A stretch of 61,338 bases of DNA, counting the filler, from Sphacelaria rigidula (Eukaryota), in assembly GCA_964200075.2 (NCBI GenBank). It is 11 parts of 11 records of this genome, joined end to end, with 100 filler letters (N's around TTAATTAATTAA, not from the genome) between each part and the next. Parts side by side here need not be neighbours in the genome. Positions count along the whole stretch, not along the records: positions 33,514 to 38,998 come from CAXNAA020026939.1; positions 39,099 to 44,583 come from CAXNAA020026940.1; positions 44,684 to 50,168 come from CAXNAA020026941.1; 8 more parts are not named here. One strand, written 5' to 3'. Positions within the stretch are counted from its first letter, which is position 1. The number at the start of each line of letters is the position of its first letter. This document shows, one piece after another, positions 37,579 through 50,268 of the stretch. The notes under the pieces are model-generated. The model ran no database searches. It was given only the letters and a program-made list of their open reading frames with translations, and was not told the origin of the DNA. A program made the translations under genes and the position numbers.

Positions 37579-39098
37579 GGGCAAGCCTCCCCTGGCGCCT
37601 GCCAGGAGATAACGACGATACGTGGGTGAGGGAAAGGTTCGTTGTTCGCTTCGAGGTCAGTATCTAACGACATCATCGATGGAATAAGGCAAGTGTGAAT
37701 CCGAGACTCACGGACTTGGCGAAGCACGAACACTGGTGTAACAACGGTGATCAGTTACTTCGTAACCTCTGTACGTATGGCGTGGAGCGATACCTTGCAC
37801 TTGGACCCCAGCTAAATCTACGGTCTACAATGGCCCGTTTTTTTGGAAAATGTAGCAGAGCTGCATTTTTGGGAAAAGGTAATCACTCTCGAATTATTTT
37901 TTCCTCGTGAGACCACTTGTCACGTGTCAACCAAAACATGTCGCTCAAAAGTGCCTTCTTGGCCCTTCTCCGTTTGGCGGTGCTTGACACCTTGGAACGA
38001 CTCTTGCTCAACTCCTTGAGACCGTTCCAGGGCAGATTTATGTATTCCGCACGTCACTTTTTTTTCGTTGGTGAACTTGAATTTTCAGCAACAAACGGTC
38101 AAGTTAACAAGAAGGAAGGGCAAAACTGGATCTTTTTTTTCTTCAATATTTGAGTGTGTCATTGAAATTGAAAGTTTGGCCAAAAACAAAACTTCGATCA
38201 GCGAGTAGAAGACAGTCATTCCCAGATATCAACGTCCACCCAGCTTTCTTTTCGGGCATAAAACGATGGAGAAGGGCCAAAAACGCACTAGTCCAAATAT
38301 TTTGTTCTCGACACAGGAGAAGTGGCCTTCCAGTGAAAAATTCGGAGCAGAAAAGAGCTCATCGGCAAAACCCTTCGATCATTGATGCCTGGATCTCCGC
38401 GAACCACCCTGGAGGTGGCCAGCAACTTTACTTCTGGGGTCACAATTTGAATCATGCGTGACGCAAGCGTGTTGTTGGGAGCACACCTGGGAAAAGCTTC
38501 TGGAGGGCACGCATGGAGCTTGAGAAGCACGATGCCCCGAATTACTCATTACAAATGACAGGATTGACAATCATTCCTCGAAAAAAAAATTATTGAAATG
38601 CCGGGTGATACACTTCTCCCACTAACTCGGCCCTGACCTCAACACCTACTACAGATCAAAGAGGGAGATTCGAATTATAAGACACTATCAACTACGCATC
38701 GTGTCCATGTGGTGACGGGTTGTGAACATGGGGGCCGACACGTCGCCAACAATCTCCGGGTGCACCATGAACGGTGGGCGCATGTCGTAATGTGATCGCA
38801 CCATCAATGGAGGGAAAGAAGCGAACTAATAGCAAAGAAGCGAACTAATAGCCATGTTGGGAGAATCGGTGTGCCAGCGTCGGGAACACATGTGAGACAA
38901 TTGAAATGCCTTCTGCAAGGATGAGGGGTGTACTCATGATCATGCATGCCATAGTCATGAGACCATTGACCTCGCATCCCTACAATGCCGGGACGGAGNN
39001 NNNNNNNNNNNNNNNNNNNNNNNNNNNNNNNNNNNNNNNNNNTTAATTAATTAANNNNNNNNNNNNNNNNNNNNNNNNNNNNNNNNNNNNNNNNNNNN

Positions 39099-39244
39099 AA
39101 ACGGTGTCAGGCAGTATGGACGAGCGTTATTGATCCACATCAAAGCTTGTTCGAACAACCGTTGTTGCTTTTAACGACGATCTGACTCGAAATGTCGAGC
39201 AACAAATGGCCCAAAATACCCACCCCCCCATCGTAGGATGACTC
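39099..39244. mobile_element. Right part of a Sola2-like MITE (same family as 42331-43010)
   Basis: Ends ccccccatcgtaggatgactc. The body aligns with 42540-42660 and 42864-43010. Confidence 0.8.
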
Positions 39245-40324
39245 AACACGGATCATTTTCATTTTCATCCAACGAATTACTCTGCACGCACGTCCTGCCA
39301 TTAACCCGACGGAGCCGAAGCGCCGAGGGTCTGTCGGTCATGCCCCTATCCCCCTTAGTGTTTAACCCTGAATTTGCGGAACGTCTCTGTCCAGAGTCCG
39401 GCGCACTCTCAACTGACTCCCCAACACCTCCCTCTCTTGTCTCTGGTAAATCATACAGGTTTGAACCTGCCGCTACACTCAAATTTCCATCACGCGACAG
39501 GGCATTCGCCCGTCGTTGTAGTCGGTTGGCAACCTGATCAACGTGCTGCGCTGACCTCCCTGAACTCTTTCCACGGGATACCGTCGTCGCCACTGTCGGG
39601 ACAGAAATCGTCGCTCTATTGCCTAACATAGGGTCAACCAGTTTCATGGAAGTCAGACGTCGTGTTCAAATCGAGGTAACAGAGAAATGTGGGCACTGAT
39701 ATGCCAAAACAAGAAAATATGCTTTTGATTCGCCTTTTTCTATGTCTTGCTGGTGCCGCCCTGGTGCCGCCGCACTATAATAAGACAATAACTCGTAATC
39801 AAAACCAAACCTTCAGCCAGAAACTGGGGACAGAAATGAGAAGTGAAACACGGGGTTGCGTGCAGAAGGTACCTTCTGCACTCGCCCTTGTGTTTCTTCA
39901 TCCCTTCTATCGTACTTGATAATCTAATCTGTGATGTTAACTCTACAAGAACCCACTACTCTTCAAGTCCCCGAGCACACCCAACAACTACTTGTTCTGC
40001 ACGTCGTCCAATACATGACACAACGACACCCTGTTTCTTGAATCTACCCTTCAACATACCTCTACTCCTCTGACCTTCCGATCCGGAATACAAGTTCTTT
40101 TCTTTTTACTTTCATCACTTCAACATAAAATACGTCAGCCTGATATAGCCCGTAGCTAGAATAGTGCTCACTTGACCTTCAAACACCACAACACAATCTC
40201 TGTACCCCGGGCAAGGATTATTTATTCACGTTTCACCCCGATTCCCCGATGCATACGTTCATTTTTTCAAACTAGAACAGGTTCAATTCAAAACCATAAA
40301 GCCTCCGAGAGCTCGGCTCTCCAC

Positions 40325-41629
40325 ATTAGTGAAATGATCAAAATTAAGTCAGGGATCGACCTGCCCAATCACGGCCGAGCAAAATTTATCGACCAGACCC
40401 GAAGAACCGGCGCGGGAATGGTTGCCGAGTGTGATGGTCCCATCCCTGGCCCAGATAAGCCTTCCCAGATTTCCAAAGCCAGGATGCTCGGAGCATGGCT
40501 TTTCGTGTTACTTGCATTCAGTATAGCGTATCCGGGATTCCCCAGAAGTTTATTTGGGTCGCCAGCCTGTACTAAAACGTCGTAACTACACTAAGACAGC
40601 GTGGAGTGCGAAAAACCGGGAAGGAGTGTACATGCCACAATGTGGTCATTTTTACGAGGCACTCAAACCAGGTGGGCCGTAGAAAGACAAAATGAGCTGC
40701 CGTCATGAGTTCTGCTCATTCCTCTGCCGAGAACTTGCAGAACACCGTGGACATGTATGAAGTAGGCGAAGATGAACAAGCTGTGTATAGGCAGTTGATC
40801 TCCGTCGCTGAGAACTGCCCGGAACGTGTAAGGGAGTATGCAGCGGCAGCGGCAGCTGCAGTTGGAGGGGCGTACTGCACTGTACTGTACCATACTGTAT
40901 GTATGTGCGCCGCAATGCCCATACCCTTCGAAGAGAATTTGTCGCATGCAACGAAGAGGGAAATGATGGCCCACCCCGACCACGAAGGGCTGTGTGGAGA
41001 GGTGATGGGAACAACCATGTCATCCAAAGCCAGAAGTGGCGGGCGGCTCGCCGGTCGCCGCATCCTGTTGAAAGCTCTCTACGGCGACACATACAAACAG
41101 CGGATCCTGTAAAATAGGGTCGATCTCTAAATCGAGATTCGAATGTCATATCGGTTTTGCAGGGATGACGCGAAAAAGTCACACAGCGCGAAACCATATT
41201 TCCCCCTCAAAACTCTGCAGCAGTGAATCAGTTGTGGCGAGATGCACTTAACGAATGCAGTGTACGCGCGTGTCGATGACGATATCACCAAAGAGAGAAG
41301 CAACGACAGAGAGGAAGCTCCTCGCCCGTGTCCTTTGTGTGTCCTCGCTCGGCGATTACCAGTCGCTCGAGAGACTGGCATGATGCATGTTACCAGCATA
41401 CCCCCAATTTGTCTGTGTACCATAACATCGAGGTGCGGAGAGATTTCGTCTCTTCTTGCCTGTGGAGCTCACCAATGCGAATATCGATTTCTCTCTGCCT
41501 CTCTTTTTGGACAGGACCCGCCTCGGTGCGCTGCAGAACATGTCGTTGAAAAACATGGCAATGTTCTTTCCACCACTGCTCCTGTTCTCTGTCACACACA
41601 TGCCAGCAAGGGCGGTGTTGCGGCAATAA
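40325..41629 (+). pseudogene. Longest decayed copy of the unidentified coding repeat
   Basis: The 5' part matches 150-395 (minus) and the 3' part matches 56226-56464. ORFs at 40705 and 41242 share a frame across stops. Ends ..THMPARAVLRQ-TAA in both copies. Confidence 0.6.
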
Positions 41630-42330
41630 GAACGGATCCAATTTGAACTTGGGGGGTGTTATTCATCGTTGATTTTACCCGACCTGTGACCATCCAGGCG
41701 CCCGATCACAAGTGGGTGCCACAGGCCAGCTGGGGTGTGTGTATGAGAGAGATCAAACACATGTGGAGACCTTGTTGACATGCGGAGTGAACAAATATAC
41801 CTATGTTGCTGACCTTACTGTTTGAGCGTGGTGCAGAGGGGTGCGTCAATGTTGCAATCCGGAGCTTTCGTTGCTCTACTCTGCTGACTGCCCTCTGCAT
41901 AGACGTCGCCCACCGTAACAACATGTATGTACCGAAAACCGGAACAGCTATGTAGGCAAAACAGTTTTTTTTCTATAAACTACGTCCACATGATCGAAAT
42001 GGCTCTTGTTACCTGAGGGAAAGTGGCCGCTTTGGGTCCGTCGACACGTTCGAAGATACTGCCGAACAGCACTACCAAACTTTGTTGGCATTGGCATCCG
42101 CCAATCAGTACAGAAGCGAACAGAAATCGACAGTTTCACGATTTTTTAGAAAGCAACGGGCATAAAACGGTTTGTAAGTAGGAAAGGAACTTTTATACAG
42201 GAGAAACCTACGTTCCCTCATGAGTGTGAAATGCACTCGCAAAACCTCTGTGGCCATTCTTTCATATATGGCGGGGGGACGGAGAAGCCACAGTTCCTCA
42301 GGTAACAAGAGTCATTTCAATCATGTAGAC

Positions 42331-43010
42331 GAGTCATGCTACGATATGAGGGGGGTGTTCGATTCCACGAAAAAATGGGCTTATAGGTGCGTCAGACGAT
42401 CCAACACACTCGCGGTGCGCTTGTATTTGGGTAAAAGAGTCATCCTACGATAGGGAAGGGGATATTTGATTGCACGAAAAAAGAGGCGAAAGCGTGTGTC
42501 CGACGACCTGCCACACTCGCGGTGCGCTTGTATTTGGTTCAAAACGATGTCAATCGGTGTGAACGAGCGGTATACATCTATAACAAGCTCATTCAAGCAA
42601 CCGTTGCTCCTTTCAAGGACGATTTGACTCGGAATTTCGTGCAAGAAGTGGCCCAAAATACCCCCCCCCCCCCCCCCCCCCCCCCCCCAACACATCAAAA
42701 AAACACACCCACACAACCCCACAGACGTGATGAATCTNNNNNNNNNNATAGAGCTCACTCAACGCCCCCGTCCCCCCTTACAGGCGGATTCTCCTGAGCA
42801 GGTGCTGTAAAACGAGCCGCAAAGCCCCCCCCCCCCCCCCCCCCCCCTATCGTAGGATGGCTCAAAAGCGATGCCAAACAGTATGGGTGAGCGTTACAAA
42901 TCGGGAGCAAGCGCGTTTGATCTTCCTTTGCTGCTTTCAAAGACGATTGCAAGTGGAATATTGCGGAAGAAAGCGACCCAAATACCACCCCCCCTATCGT
43001 AGCATGACTC
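42331..43010. mobile_element. Sola2-like MITE (about 250 bp without insert), TSD AGAC/GGAC
   Basis: TIRs gagtcatgctacgata / tatcgtagcatgactc. The empty site tcatgtggacgtagtt is preserved in the opposite host arm. Confidence 0.88.
42437..42863. mobile_element. Second Sola2-like MITE nested in the first, TSD AAAA
   Basis: TIRs gagtcatcctacgatag / ctatcgtaggatggctc, with AAAA on both sides. Body colinear with the host MITE. Confidence 0.85.
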
Positions 43011-45994
43011 GGACGTAGTTGATGAAAAATACTACTTTGCTTCCATGGCTGTTGCGGTTTTCGGTACTTTCATGTTGTACGGTGGGCGAGGTCTCTGTGC
43101 AGACGACAGGCAGCAGAGTAGAGCAACGAAAGCTCCGGAATTCAGCATTGACGCACCCCTCCGTACCACGCTCAAACAGTTAGGTCACCGACATGGGTAC
43201 CTTTTGGGGCAATGGCGTAAAAAAGGTACACCCTCTACTTTTTTGCACCCAAAAAGGTACGAAAAATGGCCAGAAACGCGAAAACAGCCAAACACGCCAT
43301 TTTGACCGTTTTCGCTACGGAGTTTTCACGCACATCATTCGGGGGGGCCATTGGCACCCGGGACTCGAAACAAACGGATCAAAAACATCTTACTCGATAG
43401 ATATGGCCACGCGAAAACGGACATGTCGTCTCCAGAAACCGCTTACCTTTTGTAGGCCATATTTAGCCGAGTTATACCTGGTCTAGGGATTGTTTTTCAA
43501 TCGCACCTCATCTGGGCCACCAATCGGCCGAGAACGTACCTCTGCTAGGCTATCGCTCTCTACACCGTACCGGGCAGTCTACGCGCCAACTCCAACCATG
43601 GCGCCCACACCTTCGCGGCTCTTTCCCCGCTAATTTGCCGTTTACGGTCGCCACAACGACCACGCCCCTTTCCGCCCGCGGATGGTACCCGAGTCTCTCC
43701 GCATCGACACAATACCTGGACTCACAACTCACAACGCGCCGGTCTTTTGTGGTGCGGGAGGTTGTGCAACACCGTACTGTTCCAATCTCGGGGCTAGTGT
43801 CACGGTCAAGCTAGGCTCTTCCGTCCCGTCACCACCGTGCGGTTGTCGCGTAATCGATGGTTGGTTCAAGCAACGGATACAGTACTGGCGGTCACGCGTA
43901 TGCGAACAACGGGATCAGAACACTGATAGCGTGCAGGCAGAAAACGTGTGAGACGAACGTCAGCCGTCAACTCGCTTGCCCTGCGATGTACAACATTCAA
44001 ATCGAAGAAATATGATTGCACAACTGCCACTTGATGGCTACTGTATTTAGCACCAACATGTTGTGGACGAGACCCACCTCTCGCCTGTGACCCTTTACAG
44101 TATCGCGACCTTAACAAGTCGGGTATACACACACTTTTTTCGGAAGCGGCTCAAGCCGTTGACCTTGAGGGTTGTTCACGAACTGAATCGGCATCAGGTA
44201 AACTTGAAAAAGGTATGCGTGGTCCAGATGTACCATCCGCATCGCGGTCTAAGGGGTGAACCCTTTGATGGCGAGAGTAGGTCTGGTGTTGAATCGGCAT
44301 CAATTTAGTTTGAACGAAATATGCATTATCCAGATGGACTACCCTCAACAATGTTTTCGTGAGATTGAGAATCTACGATACGATTGAGAGTAGGGTTTTG
44401 ATGGCTTTCAGCGGCGGGGAGTGTCTGCATCATTAATGGACAAAACGCTTACCTCGCACATTGGTGCAAAATCCTGCCGGCAAATCTAACAGTGTTTCCG
44501 TGAAATCGAGCGTCGAAAGTACGATCGAGAGTGAGGTTTTTTTCATAACATGTCTCGCTGCGCCGGTTCCGATAATGAGACGANNNNNNNNNNNNNNNNN
44601 NNNNNNNNNNNNNNNNNNNNNNNNNNNTTAATTAATTAANNNNNNNNNNNNNNNNNNNNNNNNNNNNNNNNNNNNNNNNNNNNGAGTTGCTTTATTGTCT
44701 GGTATCGCCACTTCCAGAGACAGCCACGGCTTATACCCTGCCTCATAGGTGTCGCACCATGATGGGGTGGGGTGGGGGGGGGGGCGGGGGCACGTATAAT
44801 CCGGGATATGCACGATTTCCTGCGCGAAGAATCATTTCAACCTCTTCAGCTCGGAGCGAGCAGCTCGGAGAAGAAATGATGCATCACTTCGCTTTTCCCG
44901 CTCAACCTCGTTAAAAATCGGCAATACAATCACTTGGGTCATGGTAGATACTTTCACCAACTGCGAGATCGGCAGTCAGTCAGCCCTGAGCGCTCCATCT
45001 GTTGCCTTTTGAAGTTCCCTGTCAGCTCTGAGTCACGAATCCAGTCGACCTCGAACACTGGAGGGTTTGAAATCGCGCTACCCTTCCCTTCCGGTAGACA
45101 CCCACTTTACTGTAGACCCTAGTAGGACACCGTGAGATCTACCCATCCCAAGAGCAGTTTTCTCGACACAAGCGAACACATGAGCAAGGAAGAACCGCAT
45201 TTTGTTTTTTTGCCAATAATTTTGCACTCTGTGACCACGGGTTCGAGAGATCGAGCTAATGTGATGGATATAATAATAATAATGGAGTATGATACGTTTT
45301 TTCTCTCTTCCTACAGATCCAAGTTACGCAGGGTCACGACGCCGAGCCACATGAAAAAAAAAAAACTCAAAGTTGAATTCACCAAGCAACCGACTACCCT
45401 CCTACATCTACACGGATATTCCTTCTTCAAACATTCGATTGCACTGGACGAACTGATCGAGACGCACGCCGTTAAAGTGTGGAGCAAACGCAGTAGGTAT
45501 CGCACACCCAGTACACACTCACCGCCACACACCCCGTATACGGGTTCGAACTATAATACACCTAAACACAAAAAACTGATACATACGATACGCATCAAAA
45601 AAAAAAAAGAGGGGGAAAATATACATGTGCTGTTCAGTTTCTTCCCCCCCCCCCTCATACAAGTCCGATTAGACGAAGCTTGCCCCCCCAACTCTTGCTC
45701 TGTACATAGCAAACAATTTTTCACACGTCGGACAGCTCATGAGCTACCTAAAATAGCTAGTCGAAGAGAACTCTCAGATCCGTTGTACAAAAACACAAAA
45801 CACGTGGAAACAGCGTCCGAGAAGCCACAGCATTACCTTCCCGCTACACCGCGTGCTCGACCTCCATCGCTGTCGGGAGCTAATACGGAACTAGTGGCCA
45901 CATGAGCCAGTCCGTGATCCGGATCAGTACTCTAATAACAAGTAATATCCAGGTAGCTCATGAGCTGTCCGAAGTGTGCAATTTTTCGCTCGTT

Positions 45995-45995
<1 letters not shown>

Positions 45996-46042
<47 letters not shown>
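45996..46042. repeat. (CA)n microsatellite
   Basis: Seen directly in the sequence. Confidence 0.95.
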
Positions 46043-46044
<2 letters not shown>

Positions 46045-46845
46045 ACGCACGCACACGGAAGCCACAAGCAGACAGACACATAACGGCCTGGAATAGCACA
46101 CGAAAAGTACGAACCGATCACGGAAACACACACAAGTCGACCAAGAGGACTAACGGTGCGAACGCATCTGCTGAACGGGGACGTCGATACACCCACCCGC
46201 CCGAAGAACGTCCACGAAAAAAACAAAAAACCGACAGGGATGGACTCCCGGGATTCGATTCAGGCCATCAACGGTTGGTCTGGAGGTGCGCCAGTCCCGA
46301 CGCATAACGCATGTGGTGGAATCCCCACGCGTGAAAAGTTAAACGTTGTGTCGGTATTGTCCTTTACTTCCGTCAAGCAATGAAGAAAAAGAGGACGACT
46401 GTGCATAGGGACATCGAAATATCAACGTTGCTACTTGCGTAACAGTCGCATGGTTTCTTGGTTATCCTCCAACAATGCCGACAACGATAACGACAACAAA
46501 ACATGAAAGAAGCTCACAGAAAAAAAAAAAACGATTTTTTTATTCCACAAGGATGAAATCCCGAAATAATTTTCAAAGTAAAAAAATCAAGTATCTTGAA
46601 CGCTGTAGTGCATGCACGCTCGACCGAGCACACGTACCAATAAGATGGGCTCTTTTGACAGCAGCACCAGCACCAGCAGCGGCACGTGAAAACTTCAAAA
46701 TAAAAAAATAAAATACACTCGGACTCAACACACACACATACACACGAGATCACACACACGCACAGAGCTCACCACACTTGAAAATAACAAAAACACACAC
46801 CCATGCACTCACACGCACGCCAAATAATTCACGCCCTGTAAAACA

Positions 46846-47544
46846 TCATAACACCACAAGCGTGTGTCCCGCACCACACCCCACCACCCGCGCCCCGCTC
46901 AACAGCTCGGCCTCCTGCGGCGAGTGCACAACCTCCGAAACCCGGCTCTGTACGCACTGCCCGGCCTTGTTCAGGCCCCAGGTGAACACACGACTTCTTT
47001 GCCTCTCCCCATCCGCACCCCCGCGCTCATGACCCCGAGCGATCTCACCGCCGCCGTCGCTGTACGACCGTTCTCGGCGCCCACCGGGGCGACCGCCACC
47101 GCCGTTGCTAATACCACCATCAACACAACTGTCAGCTGTCATCGGCCTGCTACCTTCATCAAAGCTGCAACTGTTGCAGCTGGCGACAGTGGTGGTATTG
47201 GTGACCGTAATCGACATGCTTTCCCCATCTTCATCGCCCTCGGCGGCGGTAACGGCGGAGCTGTGGTCGTCCCCGGCGCTCACGCTCCGAACCTTGAGCC
47301 CCGCCAGCGGGCTTCCCCCGCCGACGACCCTCGGCGCAAGAATATCAAGGGCGGCGCTTACTTTCACACCGCCCCGACCACGGATATGGTCACCGCCTGC
47401 ACTCCCCCCGGCCCCGCCGCCGCACTGCCCCAGGGAATCAGAGCCGCAGGCATACACCGTGCCGGTGTCTGACAGGAATAGAGTATGCGCGCGCCCCGCT
47501 GCCGCTTGACGAATACGGATCGCCCGGGACGCCAGGGCTCGCAC
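46846..47544 (-). CDS. Terminal exon of an RCC1-repeat protein
   Basis: cag| acceptor, phase 0. AAAGRAHTLFL..VYACGSDSLGQCG, VSAGDDHS, VFTWGLNKAGQC, VGCGAGHTLVVL-TGA. Confidence 0.9.
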   Translation of the reverse strand: MRALASRAIRIRQAAAGRAHTLFLSDTGTVYACGSDSLGQCGGGAGGSAGGDHIRGRGGVKVSAALDILAPRVVGGGSPLAGLKVRSVSAGDDHSSAVTAAEGDEDGESMSITVTNTTTVASCNSCSFDEGSRPMTADSCVDGGISNGGGGRPGGRRERSYSDGGGEIARGHERGGADGERQRSRVFTWGLNKAGQCVQSRVSEVVHSPQEAELLSGARVVGCGAGHTLVVL

Positions 47545-47864
47545 CTGCCGCTCGCGGAGGGCAATATATATATATATATATATATTTCACAAGAAAACGC
47601 GAGATGGGGGCCTCAAGACGTGGGCCTGGTGTGTCGGGTAGTTCTTCCGAATGGGCGAACGTATTTGGACGTGTTGTTTACGGGATACGCTTGCGGGGGC
47701 TTCGGCATCAACGTCAGAAATAAGCTCAAGAATCACCTCGGTCGAACTGGGGGAGAAAAATGCGTATGGGACGTTCCTTGGATCGATTTCGCCCTCCCCC
47801 CCGCCCCCCCAAATACACACCCACTCCTCGATGTTGCACCGATTCGCAACGAATACACCCTCAC

Positions 47865-48809
47865 CTGCTGCGGTCTCTGAACATCAGTGTATTCTCCTAC
47901 ACCCAATCTCCCATCGCTTCCGCATCCCCACACGAAAACAGCCCCTTCGCCGGTCACTGCGATCGAGTGCCTCCACCCCGCGGCGATCGCAACCGGTCCT
48001 TGGCAGCGACTTGACTCGTTCCTGCGGCTAGACCTTCGCTCAACAGCCGCCGCCGCCGCCGCCGCCGCAGTCGCCGTTGTCATCAGAGCGGCCGCAGACG
48101 ATGCTTCATCTCCACTCTCCGTGATCAATGTCGGCTTCATTTCCGTCATTCCTTCATCATCACGACCACCTCGCGATTCTGCTGAAGCTCCACTTGGTAC
48201 ATCATTGTGGCCAAAAGTCGATGCTGGCTGCTTGATCAGACCGTCACCACCGCCGCTGCCGCCGCTGGCGGCCGAAACGCCCGCCACCGAGCCGGAATAA
48301 CATCCGGGAGGACCAACAGGAGGAGGCGGGGGAGGAGGAGGGCGAGCGGGCACGAGAGGGCCTCCTTGCGCCATGTGGTCGCATACCCGGTACGACCAGT
48401 CCGCCACAATCTCTCCCGGCATATAAGCATCCGGAAGCACATCGTCGGCCCCTCGCTGCTGCTGCTGCATTAATGAGGCAGACCCGCCTCTGCCTAACCG
48501 ATCATCACCTCCACCAGACGCCGAGCGATTTAAATTTCTTCGAAGGAGTGAGCGGAGAGACGGCGCCCGTCGCAGCGACCAAGCGAACGAAGACGACGAC
48601 CTAGAGAGTGGGGCGGGGTTGTGGTTGAGGGTGGGGGTCCTGCCCAATCTACCGCAGTCACCCCGACCCCAGGAGTAGAGGATGTTTTGGTCGTCGCATG
48701 AATCGTTGTTGGTGTTGGCGTTAGCGTCGATGGTAGCGCTGCTGCTGCTGCTGCTGCTGCTGCATCGGGATCGTGCGAGTGCAAGAGAGTGCTGGCGGCC
48801 GCATGCAAC
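47865..48809 (-). CDS. Penultimate 945-nt exon of the RCC1-repeat protein
   Basis: ctctag| and |gtgagg, phase 0/0. VACGRQHSLAL, LYSWGRGDCGRLG, IAAGWRHSIAV, VFVWGCGSDGRLG. Confidence 0.9.
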
Positions 48810-48928
48810 CTAGAGAGACGGCGGGGGAGAAGCGGTTGTCGGTTCAATGTGGTGGACATGAGCGTGTGTGCACAGGCGGGGGTTGGTGGGATAATCCCAT
48901 CGTATGACAGTAGAAGATTACACAGGAG

Positions 48929-48997
48929 TACTCATACTCATTTGTTGCTTGCCTTAGTCATTTGACCATTGACCACGCATCCCTTTCGAGACGGAGC
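48929..48997 (-). mobile_element. 69-bp retroposon-like insert with 14-bp TSD; related copies at about 50055-50118 (+) and 61290-61338 (-)
   Basis: agattacacaggag at 48915-48928 and 48998-49011. The minus-strand end is (tgagta)2. Confidence 0.75.
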
Positions 48998-50268
48998 AGA
49001 TTACACAGGAGGGGGGATCGAAACGCAAAAACGGCCGACGGGATGAGTGATATGAGGCACGAGCTAAGACGAGCGAGGAGTGGAAATATAGGCGTACACC
49101 AAGAAGGGAGGGGGAAGTAGATTGATTCTATGGACAGCTAAACTTTGAGACTTCAATTTTTTTCTCGTGTTTTTCTCGTTCTTCGCATCGCCATCGTTCC
49201 TAATCTCCGCCCCCGTCCCTTGACCCCCTCTCCTCCTCTCTCCTCGGGAACAAGTGCGTAGTCTCGAGGGACCAACCAATCTTTCCCCCGGCATGTAGCT
49301 GTCGCGGAAGTTATTATCCAGCATTGGATAATGATCATCCCCGTAGCCGGTCGGCGTTCATCACTTTTTCGTGATATGTTCATTCACGTTCTCAAGCTCG
49401 TCACGAGGGAAAGTCAAATGTTGACACGGCAATATTGTGAATATTCGAACCCACTTCTTCTCCCAAGCTGGCCGATTAAAAATAAGCCGTTTTTGAACAT
49501 CCCCTGGGGCGCAGCGAAATCGGCATAGTGAATATCACCGTAAGAATTATACATGTGTATATACATATATTGTACTGTAAATAAGGAAGTTGTAACACTT
49601 CGCATTCCACTGCGTCTGCAGCTCTCTCGCTTTCCATACAAAACGGCAAAAAAAAGGTTTCTCGAGCATGCCTAATATAGCAGAGCATGGTGAAGCCACA
49701 GGCAGGTACGTATTTCGAGGCGTCCACATTCCGTGCATTAATCCTTTTGGGACCGAGAGTGGACTAACCGGGGGCGAGGACCCATTGTGGCTCGACATCA
49801 TATTCACTTGAGAACGACTGGTATATGATGCCGAATCACAAATTGATCCTACGTGCAGACCAGCTTCTCACCCCTGATTAATGGGGGTCCGCTCCAAAAA
49901 AAGATTAATGTATGAATGTATTCTGCGGTAGTCAGTACTTGGGAGGAACCGACACTACAGGTACTCCGTAGTATCTACTCAGTACTACAAACCTTGCGGA
50001 TATTCAGGGGTGTCTGGGGTACGGTACCCCCCCGCCCGCCCCCAAGCTAGGTGCTCCGTCTCGAAAGCGATGCGTGGTCAATGGTCGAACGACTAAGGCA
50101 AGCAACAAATAAGTACGCCCCCCCCCCCCCCCCCCCCCCCCCTCAGCACATCGCCACCCCACCCAAACNNNNNNNNNNNNNNNNNNNNNNNNNNNNNNNN
50201 NNNNNNNNNNNNTTAATTAATTAANNNNNNNNNNNNNNNNNNNNNNNNNNNNNNNNNNNNNNNNNNNN

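Larger units (their letters stand above)
41800..43197. mobile_element. TA-flanked long-TIR (about 230 bp) non-autonomous element hosting nested MITEs
   Basis: 41800-42030 is the reverse complement of 42285-42330 + 43011-43197. TA at 41798-41799 and 43198-43199. Confidence 0.85.

Noticed and set aside
42690..42825. Further insertion inside nested MITE B
   Set aside because: Lies between poly-C runs around a 10-N gap, typical of low-quality read-through after homopolymers.
45132..45905. 257-aa ORF
   Set aside because: Low-complexity antisense frame downstream of the RCC1 gene with no motif.
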